Origin: an uncultured Bacilli bacterium | Lineage (GTDB): Bacteria; Bacillota_I; Bacilli_A; RF39; UBA660 | Direction of reading: 5' to 3' | Length of the DNA stretch: 64,000 nt | Assembly: GCA_934100165.1 (NCBI GenBank) | Contig: CAKOPN010000006.1 | Location: forward strand, 52,837 to 116,836 | In this document: positions 21,665 through 31,713 of the stretch, one piece after another | Numbering within the stretch: position 1 is the first letter of the stretch | Layout: the number at the start of each line of letters is the position of its first letter | The notes under the pieces: model-generated | What the model saw: the letters and a program-made list of their open reading frames with translations, nothing else | What the model was told of the DNA's origin: nothing | Database searches by the model: none | Position numbers and translations under genes: made by a program

Positions 21665-22284
21665 TATTTTAGCACCTCCTCTATAGCATTTAATGCTTCT
21701 TTTGTAACTAATACTTTTTCTGCTGCTATTAAATCAAGAACATTTATTTCTCCAGCTTCGATAAGTAAGATATTTGGAATGTTTCTTGAAGCAAGTATCA
21801 TATTTTCATCTAATTCTTTAACAATAACTAATGTGCTAACTGTATCTAATTTTAATGATTTTAAAAGGTTAGCTAATTCTTTAGTTTTTGGTGTTTCAAG
21901 TTTTAATTCGTCAACTACAACGAAATCTTGAACTTTTGAAGCTACAGCGCTCTTTAATGCAAGACGACGTTCTTTACGATTCATCTTTTTGCTGTAATCT
22001 CTTGGTTTTGGTCCTAGTGCGATTCCACCACCAACCCATTGTACAGCTCTAATTGAACCTTGACGTGCATGTCCTGTACCTTTTTGTCTCCAAGGTTTTC
22101 TTCCTCCACCGCTAACTTCTGAACGTGTTTTTGTGCTATGGGTTCCTTGTCTTAATGATGCTCTTGTTAAAATTATTGCATCATGTAAAACTTTATTATT
22201 TGGCTCAATACCAAATATTTCATCATTTAATTTAATGTCCTCTATTTTTTCACCTTTTGTGTTTAAAAGTGTTACTTTTGTCAT
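21664..22284 (-). CDS. rplD: 50S ribosomal protein L4
   Basis: KTRSEVSGGGRKPWRQKGTGHARQGSIR. Confidence 0.97.
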   Translation of the reverse strand: MTKVTLLNTKGEKIEDIKLNDEIFGIEPNNKVLHDAIILTRASLRQGTHSTKTRSEVSGGGRKPWRQKGTGHARQGSIRAVQWVGGGIALGPKPRDYSKKMNRKERRLALKSAVASKVQDFVVVDELKLETPKTKELANLLKSLKLDTVSTLVIVKELDENMILASRNIPNILLIEAGEINVLDLIAAEKVLVTKEALNAIEEVLK

Positions 22285-22340
22285 CCTTAATTCCTCCCTT
22301 CATCATATTTAAATATTTTATTAACAATTAACTATGACGA

Positions 22341-23063
22341 TTACTCTCCAGCTTCTTCTTTAGTTTCTTCTTCTACTTCTGTTTCTACTACAGGTGTTTC
22401 TTCGTAAGAGATAAGTTCTACTTGTTCATTTACTTTTTCACCTTTTTTAACAGATGTTCTAATCATAACTAAAGATTTCTTTGGACCTGGAACATTACCT
22501 TTGATTAAGATAACATTATTTTCTAAATCAACTGATACAACCTCTAAGTTTTGAATTGTTGTTGCAACATTTCCCATATGACCTGGTAATTTCTTACCCT
22601 TTAGCACGTGCATTGGTAATAGTGTTCCTAGTGAACCTACACCTCTATGATATTGTGATCCGTGACCCATTGGTCCACGACTTTGATTATAACGTTTAAT
22701 AACGCCTTGGAAACCTTTTCCTTTGCTTACACCGCTTACATCAACGATTTCTCCTTCTTTGAATAAGTCAGCTGTAATTGTTTGACCAAGTGTATAGTCA
22801 TTAACGTTTACTCCTCTAAGTTCTTTTAAGAAGCGCTTAGGAGCAGTATTTGCTTTTTTTGTATGACCAATTTTTGCTTTGTTAGAATTTTTTTCTTTCA
22901 CTGTTATAGCACCAAGTTGGATTGCATCATAACCGTCTTTTTCAACAGTCTTGATTTGTGTTACAACGTTAGGTTCTACTTCGATAACAGTTACAGGAAT
23001 AAGTTTTCCGTTCTTAGTAAAAACTTGAGTCATTCCTATTTTTCTACCTAAGATTCCTTTCAT
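22341..23063 (-). CDS. rplC: 50S ribosomal protein L3 with an acidic C-terminal extension
   Basis: [15 protein letters not shown]...[12 protein letters not shown]; an extra tail of about 30 aa, ...[19 protein letters not shown]. Confidence 0.97.
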   Translation of the reverse strand: MKGILGRKIGMTQVFTKNGKLIPVTVIEVEPNVVTQIKTVEKDGYDAIQLGAITVKEKNSNKAKIGHTKKANTAPKRFLKELRGVNVNDYTLGQTITADLFKEGEIVDVSGVSKGKGFQGVIKRYNQSRGPMGHGSQYHRGVGSLGTLLPMHVLKGKKLPGHMGNVATTIQNLEVVSVDLENNVILIKGNVPGPKKSLVMIRTSVKKGEKVNEQVELISYEETPVVETEVEEETKEEAGE

Positions 23064-23082
23064 TTTTCTTTCCTCCTAATGA

Positions 23083-23388
23083 TTATTGTTTGATTTGAAT
23101 GTCAACACCACTTGGAAGTTCAAGATGAGTTAATGCATCTATTACTTCTTTGTTTGGATTTTTAACATCAATTAGTCTTTTATGCGTACGCATTTCAAAT
23201 TGTTCACGAGAATCTTTATATTTGTGAACAGCTCTTAAAATAGTGAATTTTTCTACATCTGTTGGTAGTGGTACTGGTCCACTTACTTTTCCTCCAGATC
23301 TTTTAATAGTTTCAACTATTTTTGTAGCAGCATTGTCAAGAATTCTATGATCATATGCTTTTAATTTAATACGAACAACGTTTGACAT
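23083..23388 (-). CDS. rpsJ: 30S ribosomal protein S10
   Basis: [14 protein letters not shown]......IVET..R.G....GPVPLPT; first gene of the S10 operon. Confidence 0.97.
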   Translation of the reverse strand: MSNVVRIKLKAYDHRILDNAATKIVETIKRSGGKVSGPVPLPTDVEKFTILRAVHKYKDSREQFEMRTHKRLIDVKNPNKEVIDALTHLELPSGVDIQIKQ

Positions 23389-23540
23389 ATTAAATCCTCC
23401 CTTCGCCTATATCTTCGTATAGACTTGCTCCGTGTAAATAACCTGAATTAGCCTAGCAACTTTGCCTGGTGTATCAGCAACCTCACACATCTAAGCAGCC
23501 ACACGCTTAAGAGTATATCATAGAGAACCTTTAAAATCAA
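23389..23540 (-). promoter_or_regulatory. S10-operon promoter and about 120-nt GC-enriched 5' leader
   Basis: On the minus strand: TTGATT (23535-23540), a 17-nt spacer, then TATACT (23512-23517). The leader that follows is visibly GC-richer than its surroundings (…GCGTGTGGCTGCTTAGATGTGTGAGGTTGCTG…CCAGGCAAAGTTGCTAGGC…). This suggests a structured regulatory leader. No fold was computed. Confidence 0.55.
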
Positions 23541-23599
23541 GGATTTTTTTCACTTTTTGTTTTGTTATTTCTTTTTATAAGGAACTTTGCCACGATTAC

Positions 23600-23626
23600 A
23601 AAAAAAATTCTAGAAAAATTCTAGAA
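23600..23626 (-). terminator. Rho-independent terminator after the PP2C gene
   Basis: Two copies of the self-complementary octamer TTCTAGAA separated by AAA form an 8-bp hairpin (23608-23626), followed by T8 on the minus strand. Confidence 0.75.
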
Positions 23627-23628
23627 TC

Positions 23629-25002
23629 TTATCGTTTTTTTGAAAAAATTGCTGCTGTAGAATTATCTTTTCCAGCTTCAATATATTCTTTATACTCAAA
23701 TTCGCCCTTTTGTTCTTTTCTATAAGACCTTGTAGTATTTGCAGCATCTATGAGTGCACTAGCAATTTTCTCTTTAGGTGTATTGGCAGTTATAGCCATA
23801 ATTCTACTATCAGATAAGCAATCTGTTACTCCATCGCTTAGTAATACTAATGAATCATAGTCTGTATTTTTAATTCTATACATATGTGGTCTTAATGGTC
23901 TTTCTGGATTAAGTGAGCCTATGCAACTTGTAATTATATTTGAATATATATGAAATCTCATATCATCTTTTCTTCTTATATAGCCAGCATCATAATATTT
24001 TTGAACTTGTGAATCATCTTTTGTTACTTGTATCAACTCATTATTTTTTACTATATATCCCCTAGAATCTCCAACAGAAGATACTAAAGTTTCATTCTTG
24101 CCAACTATTCCACATAAAAATGTTGTTTGTGAACCATTTTTTGTTCTAACAACTTCTCTATTCATTTCTTGAATCTTTTGGCTTAATTTTGCTCTTAACA
24201 TATCCATGTTTTCAAAGTCTTCTCTTTTTAACTCTTTAAACCACTCAAGCATTTCTTCCGCAACATAGCTACTTGCTGCTCCACCATTTTGTGAGCCACC
24301 AACACCATCTGCTACTAAAAGCATTTTATAATCTTTGTTTTTTGGGTATTCGGATAATAAAACAGAATCTTCTTGAGTTGGTTTTACATTTCCAATTGAT
24401 GATGATGCAAACATAGAAGTTCCAACCATATATTCAACATTCTTTTTCTGAAGTTGAACTCCATGGATAATATCGCTTTCACATTTATTTACATTATCGT
24501 GAAAAATCCTTAAATTCTTAGGTTTTATTTCCTTATTTTCCTCTCTTGAAAGATAACGAATACAGTCTATTATACTTGGAGATACATAACTATCTAGTTT
24601 TTTTAAATTTACACCATTATTTGGATAATATCTATTCTGAGTAAATGAATATGCTAGTGTTCTAAGAAGATCAGGATCATTTTTTAGAAAAGGAACAACC
24701 TCGTTCTTTTTTATTTTTAAATTCTTTAGACTATCATAAAATTTTACACAATTTGCTTTTCCTGATAAGTTTCCTGCTCTTAAGTCTATTTTGCTTACTC
24801 TGAGTGCTTGAATTGCTATTTCTTTAATAACATCGTCTGGAGTAAGGTCTTCTATCATTCTTCTTGCATTGTTACTTGATGTTATATGGTTCTGCATTCT
24901 TCCACTAAATAACATTCCACGAATAATTCCCTCTGGAGTTCCTTCTGGATGAGCCTTAAGTGTTTCAATTATTGCATAATCAATTTTTTCTAATCTTTGC
25001 AT
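23629..25002 (-). CDS. PP2C-family Ser/Thr phosphatase with an uncharacterised N-terminal domain of about 200 aa
   Basis: C-terminal half carries LLVADGVGGSQNGGAASSY ... VLLSDGVTD ... DNSTAAIF (PP2C metal-binding motifs). Confidence 0.8.
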   Translation of the reverse strand: MQRLEKIDYAIIETLKAHPEGTPEGIIRGMLFSGRMQNHITSSNNARRMIEDLTPDDVIKEIAIQALRVSKIDLRAGNLSGKANCVKFYDSLKNLKIKKNEVVPFLKNDPDLLRTLAYSFTQNRYYPNNGVNLKKLDSYVSPSIIDCIRYLSREENKEIKPKNLRIFHDNVNKCESDIIHGVQLQKKNVEYMVGTSMFASSSIGNVKPTQEDSVLLSEYPKNKDYKMLLVADGVGGSQNGGAASSYVAEEMLEWFKELKREDFENMDMLRAKLSQKIQEMNREVVRTKNGSQTTFLCGIVGKNETLVSSVGDSRGYIVKNNELIQVTKDDSQVQKYYDAGYIRRKDDMRFHIYSNIITSCIGSLNPERPLRPHMYRIKNTDYDSLVLLSDGVTDCLSDSRIMAITANTPKEKIASALIDAANTTRSYRKEQKGEFEYKEYIEAGKDNSTAAIFSKKR

Positions 25003-25020
25003 ATCTTACTCCTTATCATT

Positions 25021-26856
25021 TTATTTTTCTAGTATAGCTATTTTTTTTCTTATTTCTTCTTTTGTAATATTTTCTTTCTTGTATAATTCTTCCGGTGTTC
25101 CCTGTTCAATAAACTTATCGTTAAATCCCAGTGACATAACTTTTCCTTTATAATTTAGTTCCATTAACTTAGATGATACCATAGAGGTTAATCCACCACT
25201 TAACACATTATCCTCTATTATTAATATATTATAATGCTTTTTTGAAAGAAACTCTAGCATTTTATCATCAATTGGTTTCAAAAAACAAGCATTTATTATC
25301 ATCGAATGTAATTTGTACTCTTTTTTTGTTAGATATGCCTTTATAAGCATTCTTCCTGAAGCGATTATCGCAGTTTTTTGACCGTTATCAACAATTTCCC
25401 ATTTACCTTGTATAATTTTGTCAAGCGGCTTTATTTTAAATTCATCCCCACCCCTTGGATATCTTATTGCTATTGGACCACTTTGTTTAATAGCCCATTT
25501 CAACATTTTTTCCACTTCTTCTGTGGATTTTGGTGATAAAATTTTTATATTTGGGATTAAAGATAAATATGACACGTCGAAAATTCCTTGGTGAGTTTCG
25601 CCATCACTACCAACAATTCCAGCTCTATCTATTGCAAAAATTACATGTAAATTTTGCATGCATACATCGTGAACAATTTGGTCAAATGCTCTTTGCAAAA
25701 AAGTTGAATATATTGCCACTACCGGAACTAAATTCTCCTTTGCAAGACCCGCCGCAAAAGTTGTCGCATGCTCCTCGGCAATTCCAACATCAAAACTTCT
25801 GTCATTAAATTCTTCAAAGAATTTCTTTAAGCCAACCCCATCTTTCATCGCCGCTGTTATAGCTACAACATTTTTATTTTCTCTGCCTATTTTTACCATT
25901 GCATTTCCAAAAGCATTTGAATAAGTATCTTTTTCTTCAATAATAATTCCTTTATTTTTATCAAAAGGAGAAATCGCATGATATATATCAGGATTTTCTA
26001 AAGCTTTTTGATAACCAAGTCCTTTTTTAGTTACCACATGTATTATTACTGGTCCATCTAAAATTTGAGCTTTTCTAAATACTTTTGTCATCAATGAAAT
26101 ATCATGACCATCAAGAGGGCCAATATATGTTAATCCCATCGCTTCAAAATATTCTGATGGAACTAAAAAAGTCCTTAAGCCATCTTTCATTCTTGCTAAA
26201 ACCTTTGACATTGCATTTCCAATTTTTGTGTCATCCAAAGAATGCTTTATTTTATTTTTAACTTTTAAATAGCGTTCATTTATACTTATTCTACTCAAAT
26301 AACTTGAAAGGCCCCCAACATTACTTGATATGCTCATACCATTATCATTTAAGATAATAATCATTTTTGTCTTGTTGTATCCAAGATCATTTAACGCTTC
26401 TAGACTCATACCACTACTGATACTGCCATCACCAATAACACTTACAACATTATATTTTTCATTTTTTATGTCTCTTGCTCTTGCAAAACCTAGCGCAGCA
26501 GATATAGAGGTACTACTGTGTCCAGTTTCAAAGAAATCATATTTGCTTTCTTTTGGATATGGAAATCCTCTTAAGCCTTTATACTTCCTAAGTGTATCAA
26601 AATCTTTTCTTCTTCCAGTTAACATCTTATAAACATAGCTTTGATGCCCAACATCAAATATTACTCTATCGTTTGGAAAGTCAAAACTAGATACGAGAGC
26701 AATAGTTAACTCCACTACACCAAGGTTAGATGCTAGGTGCCCGCCGTTTTTTGATACTTTATCTATTAAAAATTCTCTTATTTCACCAGATAGTTCTTTT
26801 TTCTCTTTAATTGTTAATTTTTTTACATCCTCAGGTGAATTTATTTTTTCCAACAT
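25021..26856 (-). CDS. dxs: 1-deoxy-D-xylulose-5-phosphate synthase
   Basis: GGHLASNLGVVELT...DVGHQSY.YK.LTGR...GHSSTSISAALG...GDGS...EEHA.T.AAG. Confidence 0.95.
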   Translation of the reverse strand: MLEKINSPEDVKKLTIKEKKELSGEIREFLIDKVSKNGGHLASNLGVVELTIALVSSFDFPNDRVIFDVGHQSYVYKMLTGRRKDFDTLRKYKGLRGFPYPKESKYDFFETGHSSTSISAALGFARARDIKNEKYNVVSVIGDGSISSGMSLEALNDLGYNKTKMIIILNDNGMSISSNVGGLSSYLSRISINERYLKVKNKIKHSLDDTKIGNAMSKVLARMKDGLRTFLVPSEYFEAMGLTYIGPLDGHDISLMTKVFRKAQILDGPVIIHVVTKKGLGYQKALENPDIYHAISPFDKNKGIIIEEKDTYSNAFGNAMVKIGRENKNVVAITAAMKDGVGLKKFFEEFNDRSFDVGIAEEHATTFAAGLAKENLVPVVAIYSTFLQRAFDQIVHDVCMQNLHVIFAIDRAGIVGSDGETHQGIFDVSYLSLIPNIKILSPKSTEEVEKMLKWAIKQSGPIAIRYPRGGDEFKIKPLDKIIQGKWEIVDNGQKTAIIASGRMLIKAYLTKKEYKLHSMIINACFLKPIDDKMLEFLSKKHYNILIIEDNVLSGGLTSMVSSKLMELNYKGKVMSLGFNDKFIEQGTPEELYKKENITKEEIRKKIAILEK

Positions 26857-26906
26857 TTTTATTACCTCTTGTTTCTTCTATACTGTACTGTCTAATGCTT
26901 GAATAT

Positions 26907-27595
26907 TTATTTTTCTAGATAATTTCTATTTAAATAATATGCAAGTTTCATAAGTGTTTTGGCAGATTTTGTTCTTAAATATCTTTCATCAAGTATATAT
27001 TCAGATTCAAACCTTGTCCTGTCAAGAGCATCAGCATCCTTTAATATATTGCCAATAACTCTAGCCTTTTTTTTTCATTTTTAGTTAAATTAAAATATGA
27101 TGATACATTGTTGAATCCTACTTCTTCGTTCTTTTTTATATCAAAACCAGTTGTTCTTTCATCATGAAAGCTTATGGCTGCAGATATAATTCTAAGATCA
27201 CTGGTACTATATTTGTCCTTTAGGCTATCTTGAGCAATAATTGCACCTTTTAACCCATGCCTTATATCATCATCATTTTCTCTTCCCTCATCATGATACA
27301 TCGCAGATTCCATAAGCAAATTTATATTCTCTTTTATATTTTCAAATTTTGCTATTAAGAAAGCAAAAAGCATGACATTACCGGCGTGCTTTTTCCCATG
27401 ACAATTTGTTTTTCTTTTATATAAATTTCGTTTATCGATTTCGTTTATCCATTTTCTTATATATGACTTCTCGTCAGATGATAATTTTTCTATAATTTCA
27501 CTTTTTTCTTTTTGCTTAAGTGATGAGAACTCAATGTACTTTGGTAAATGTAAATTATCATCTTTCATTTCATATATGACATTTATTCTATCCAT
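26907..27595 (-). pseudogene. HD-domain phosphohydrolase interrupted by a frameshift at an A9 tract
   Basis: The track ORF 27041..27595 (H..MYHDEGR) ends just after the A9 run (T9 on the plus strand, 27067-27075). With one extra A the frame continues as ...NEKKKARVIGNILKDADALDRTRFESEYILDERYLRTKSAKTLMKLAYYLNRNYLEK* to a stop at 26907. Confidence 0.7.
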
Positions 27596-27603
27596 ATATA
27601 CTC

Positions 27604-29781
27604 CTATCTAAATAATCTATATTGTACCTTTTCACGTAAATTGTATGTGTCCTTCATTTCTCCTTCAAGAGCCATTGTATAATATTTTTGCCCATTTTTG
27701 TCCATGCTTACAACATAATTAGATGATGGTAATGTATCAATAGTAGAATATAAGAAGTTATAGTAAGGTGATAAATTCATATCCATATAACTCATGATAT
27801 AAGTAAATAATAAATCATCACTTAAATATTTTGTGTCATCAAAATCCATGTCATAGTTACTTAATATTAACGCTTCAGTGTTAAACTGACGATATGTGCT
27901 TTCTAAATCATATTTTTTGTTTAAGAAATTTGTTAAGAAAAGAGCATCTTGTCCTGTTTTGGTTTGAAGATGTGGCAAATGATCACCAAAGAAAACAATT
28001 ATAGTTTCTTCATCGATGGTGTTTATATAATCATATAATTTTTTCAAGGAAGCATCTGCTAAGTACATTCCCTTGGCATATGACTTGATTGTTCCTGTTA
28101 CATCATCATTATAGTCAGTTTCTGTTACTTCAAACTCATAGTCTTTATATCTTTCTTCATAATATGGCATATGACCACCCATAGTTATAGCAAAGTAAAA
28201 AGTTTTTTCGTCCTTTTTTTTGTTATTAAAGTATTCAATTACTTGATTCATTAAATAGTCATCAGTGACATATGATTTTTGTTTTAGTTCATCATATAAG
28301 TGATGCCTTTCATCTACGCCATAAAAATCATAAACATTATCACATTTGAACATCTCTTTGCTTGAAGCATTTAATATTACTGTTTTATAACCGTTATTTT
28401 TAAATTCTTTAATTATAGATGGAGTGTTACTACTTAGTTTTTTATTGTAAAGTTGCATGTAAGGTATGTATCCTTTACTAAAATAGTTTAGGCTTCCTCC
28501 TGTTAAAATTTCAAATTCAACATTAGAACTTATACCACCATATGATGGAGTAATCATTTCTACAACTTTTCCTTTTTCTTTTAATGCATGATAATTTGGT
28601 GTTACATCTTGACTAAACTTTATGCCATCTATTTTAGAAGCATCCCAGAAAGACTCTGAAAATACCACTATGACATTTGGCTTCCCTATTTTCCCTTTGT
28701 TTGGACTTTCTTTAACATTTGATAAAAGTTCATCAACTTCTTCTTCCTCGTAACCGATTGGTTCATATCGTCTTGTTTCTAGCAATTTTCCATACATGCC
28801 ACCAATTACACCATACTTACTATAATACTTTGTGTTACTTACTGTCATTGTGTAATCCTTGATACTTTTATAATTGTAAACATTATTTAAAATAAACTTA
28901 TCCAACCTTGAAATCGGTATGAAAAGTACTATAAGCATACATAAAGAAACTATAAATACGCAAATATTTTTTTTCTTTGTTTTAAATACAAGATTATTGT
29001 TATAACAAATATGTAGTAAATATATAAAAATTGCACCCACAATTATTGTTGGGAAAATCACATAATTTATTGCATTTATAAGAGTAACATCTACGAAATT
29101 AGTAAGTTCTCCTGTTGTCTCCAAAAAAGAAACGTCAGTAAGAAGTAATGTATCACTTGTGTAAAAAATTCTCATTTGGTTTGCTACAAACAAAAATAAA
29201 AACACTAAGAAAAATGTTAAAGTTGTTACGAACGTATTTCTAATTACAGACAATACAAGAAGATATATTGTATAGGCGATAATTAACGTCAAAACTAATG
29301 AGCAAAATGTTAATGTTAACTTTGGTGTTCCGAATGTACAAATTTTGTAATATATTTCAAGAATTATTATGCTTATAAGTGGCATTGAAAAATTAACTAC
29401 CTTTTTTAATTTTTCATTCTTAATAATTGTTTTGTCCTCTTTATTTAATTCTATCTTTCTTGCTTTCCTAGTAATTCTTATTGCTAATACAGCAATTAAC
29501 CCTAGTGTTAACGACTCAACAATTGACAATCCACTCATATATTCGTACATGAAAATACAACCTACTAGCATATATATCGTCATAATAGCTATAGGCTTTT
29601 TATACGATAATTCATTCTTGTGATACCACATAAAAGATAACAAGAAAAACTCTATTGGAAAGACTATATACATAAAAAACGGAGACAAGCTTTCAAATAT
29701 ATTTACTAAAACTGCTGTAAAAATAAATAAAAGCGTAGTAAACAAATAAAATTTTGTTTTATTTTCAAATACTTCCTTCAT
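27604..29781 (-). CDS. LTA synthase family protein (polytopic N-terminal domain + extracellular sulfatase-fold domain)
   Basis: Multiple N-terminal TM segments; VIVVFSESFW and FFGDHLP sulfatase/LtaS-type motifs. ATG at 29781 lies 8 nt after GAGGGG. Confidence 0.85.
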   Translation of the reverse strand: MKEVFENKTKFYLFTTLLFIFTAVLVNIFESLSPFFMYIVFPIEFFLLSFMWYHKNELSYKKPIAIMTIYMLVGCIFMYEYMSGLSIVESLTLGLIAVLAIRITRKARKIELNKEDKTIIKNEKLKKVVNFSMPLISIIILEIYYKICTFGTPKLTLTFCSLVLTLIIAYTIYLLVLSVIRNTFVTTLTFFLVFLFLFVANQMRIFYTSDTLLLTDVSFLETTGELTNFVDVTLINAINYVIFPTIIVGAIFIYLLHICYNNNLVFKTKKKNICVFIVSLCMLIVLFIPISRLDKFILNNVYNYKSIKDYTMTVSNTKYYSKYGVIGGMYGKLLETRRYEPIGYEEEEVDELLSNVKESPNKGKIGKPNVIVVFSESFWDASKIDGIKFSQDVTPNYHALKEKGKVVEMITPSYGGISSNVEFEILTGGSLNYFSKGYIPYMQLYNKKLSSNTPSIIKEFKNNGYKTVILNASSKEMFKCDNVYDFYGVDERHHLYDELKQKSYVTDDYLMNQVIEYFNNKKKDEKTFYFAITMGGHMPYYEERYKDYEFEVTETDYNDDVTGTIKSYAKGMYLADASLKKLYDYINTIDEETIIVFFGDHLPHLQTKTGQDALFLTNFLNKKYDLESTYRQFNTEALILSNYDMDFDDTKYLSDDLLFTYIMSYMDMNLSPYYNFLYSTIDTLPSSNYVVSMDKNGQKYYTMALEGEMKDTYNLREKVQYRLFR

Positions 29782-29792
29782 TTTAATACCCC

Positions 29793-30488
29793 TCAATCAT
29801 TCAACACTATAGCTTTATTCGAGTGCTTTTTAATTTGTTTATAAGCTATTATATACAAAAATGCTACAAATGCAAAGAATATTATAAGCGCATTTTCATT
29901 TTCTGTTAATAGTAAAAAGTCAAAGAATCCATGAAATATAATTGGTATTATTAAACTTACTATGATATACCTTTTTTCTCTTACTTTGTTACCTATTCTT
30001 TTCATAAGTTTGGCTTTTCCCATATAGTATCCCATTGACACTCCAAAAAAAGCATGAGCTGGTACTGAAACAAGAGCTCTTAATAAAGCTGCACTTTGTC
30101 CATATTTCAAAACATACAAAATATTTTCTAAAGTAGCAAATCCTAGCGATGTAAAAACGGCATACACTATTCCATCATACATATAGTTGAATGCCTTGTT
30201 ATTATATCCTTTCTTGTAAACAAATAATGCTTTGTATAATTCTTCGACTAAAGCTACACCTATGAAGCCAACTAAAAATGAATGCAAATTTACATTCGTA
30301 ATATTATCAAACAACTTTATTAGCAATAACTCTGTTACTGTCGCAGGTACAGTAGCAAGTACACCTGAAAAGAAGAGTGTAACTAAGAGTGAAACTGGTT
30401 CTTTTTCAAATACATCTTTTTTATAAACAAAGTAACTAAGTATTGCAGTTGGTAGAATTGCAAGTAATACTGTATAAACTAGTTCCAA
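29793..30488 (-). CDS. PrsW-family intramembrane glutamic/metallo-protease
   Basis: VEELYK (EExxK), FATLEN, HAFFG and FHGFFDF motifs in an approximately 7-TM protein. Confidence 0.85.
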   Translation of the reverse strand: MELVYTVLLAILPTAILSYFVYKKDVFEKEPVSLLVTLFFSGVLATVPATVTELLLIKLFDNITNVNLHSFLVGFIGVALVEELYKALFVYKKGYNNKAFNYMYDGIVYAVFTSLGFATLENILYVLKYGQSAALLRALVSVPAHAFFGVSMGYYMGKAKLMKRIGNKVREKRYIIVSLIIPIIFHGFFDFLLLTENENALIIFFAFVAFLYIIAYKQIKKHSNKAIVLND

Positions 30489-30633
30489 ATTATCACACCC
30501 TTTATTCTCTTGTATCTTTAGTATAACACTTTGGAAAGATAGTGTAAATTTTAAAATAGCTTAACATTTTTTATGTGTAAATACAAAAAAGAATCAACAC
30601 CTGTCTATTTACATTGTCGATTCTTTTGCTATT

Positions 30634-31185
30634 TTACAAATAATTGTCGCTTTTTACTTCCATAAAACTTTGTGGATGTTTACATACTGGACATACATCT
30701 AAAGCATTTTCTCCTACATATACATGTCCACAGTTTCTACATATCCAAATTTTTTCACCATCTTTGTGGAAAACTTTTTTATCTTTTACATTTTTTAGAA
30801 GTGCTAAATATCTTTCTTCATGTTCTTTTTCTATTTTACCTACAGCTTCAAACAAATATGCAAGCTCATCAAAACCTTCTTCTTTAGCAGTCTTAGCAAA
30901 CTCTTTGTACATTTCTGTCCATTCAAAATTTTCACCACTTGCAGCATCTTTTAAATTTTCTTCTGTTGAAGGAACTTCTCCACCATTTAAATATTTAAAC
31001 CAAAGTTTGGCATGTTCCTTTTCATTATTAGCAGTTTCTTCAAAAATTGAAGCGATTTGCTCATAACCATCTTTTTTTGCTTTTGATGCATAATAAGTGT
31101 ATTTGTTTCTTGCACAGCTTTCTCCTTTGAATGCTGTCATTAAATTTTCAACAGTCTTTGTTCCTTTTAATTTACTATAATCCAT
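30634..31185 (-). CDS. rbr: Rubrerythrin
   Basis: Ferritin-like diiron helices ([16 protein letters not shown]) plus a C-terminal rubredoxin CRNCGHVY...CPVCKHP. Confidence 0.93.
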   Translation of the reverse strand: MDYSKLKGTKTVENLMTAFKGESCARNKYTYYASKAKKDGYEQIASIFEETANNEKEHAKLWFKYLNGGEVPSTEENLKDAASGENFEWTEMYKEFAKTAKEEGFDELAYLFEAVGKIEKEHEERYLALLKNVKDKKVFHKDGEKIWICRNCGHVYVGENALDVCPVCKHPQSFMEVKSDNYL

Positions 31186-31212
31186 TTCAAAATTCCTTTC
31201 CTTCTTATTATC

Positions 31213-31608
31213 TTAATTAGCCTTGTCTTCATTCTTTCTACACTCATCACAGTAACCATCTAGTAAAACATTATAATGCTCTATTTTTTCAGATCTGTTT
31301 TTAAAATGTTTTTGCACAATTGTTAGAAGTTCATCATCAAAAATATCTGTAATCTTATCACACTTCAAACATTCAAAATGAACATGTCCGTCATAGTAGT
31401 CATATCTATCCACACCACTTTGTGTCTTTACAATGTAAATTTTATTTTCTTCGACAAATTTTTTTACATTTCTATATACAGTGGCTTGTCCAATAGTTGG
31501 ATCTTTTTCTTTCACCAAGGTGTAAAGTTCTTGTGCAGTTGGATGACTCCTATTATTCTTTAAAACCTCTAAGATAATATTTTTTTGACTTGTGTTTCTG
31601 GAATTCAT
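31213..31608 (-). CDS. Fur-family transcriptional regulator (Fur/PerR-like)
   Basis: Winged helix (PTIGQATVYRNVKKF) and CxxC...CxxC (CLKCDK...CDEC). It lies upstream of rubrerythrin. Confidence 0.88.
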   Translation of the reverse strand: MNSRNTSQKNIILEVLKNNRSHPTAQELYTLVKEKDPTIGQATVYRNVKKFVEENKIYIVKTQSGVDRYDYYDGHVHFECLKCDKITDIFDDELLTIVQKHFKNRSEKIEHYNVLLDGYCDECRKNEDKAN

Positions 31609-31619
31609 GTGCCAGCTCC

Positions 31620-31642
31620 TTAATGATAATAATTATCATTAA
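31620..31642. promoter_or_regulatory. Perfect 23-bp palindrome containing a consensus 7-1-7 Fur box
   Basis: TTAATGATAATAATTATCATTAA. The core TGATAAT-A-ATTATCA (31624-31638) equals the Bacillus Fur-box consensus TGATAATNATTATCA. It sits between the -10 box and the RBS of the fur-family gene. Confidence 0.8.
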
Positions 31643-31643
31643 C

Positions 31644-31672
31644 AATATATCATGTTCTTTTTAAAAAGTAAA
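31644..31672 (-). promoter_or_regulatory. Promoter of the fur-family/rubrerythrin unit
   Basis: On the minus strand: TTTACT (31667-31672), a 17-nt spacer, then TATATT (31644-31649), immediately upstream of the Fur box. Confidence 0.6.
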
Positions 31673-31713
31673 TAGTAAAAATAATTTTGTTTAAAGATAT
31701 TCAATGTTGATAC

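Noticed and set aside
22341-22430. Acidic C-terminal extension of about 30 aa on ribosomal protein L3 (…[19 protein letters not shown]).
   Set aside because: It is seen in the sequence, but lineage-specific tails on ribosomal proteins are frequent. There is no independent evidence of special function, so it is noted only in the feature list.
23608-23626. Tandem TTCTAGAA palindromes as a possible protein operator for the S10 operon.
   Set aside because: The two copies pair with each other into an 8-bp hairpin followed by a T-run, directly after the PP2C stop. A plain intrinsic terminator is the simpler explanation.
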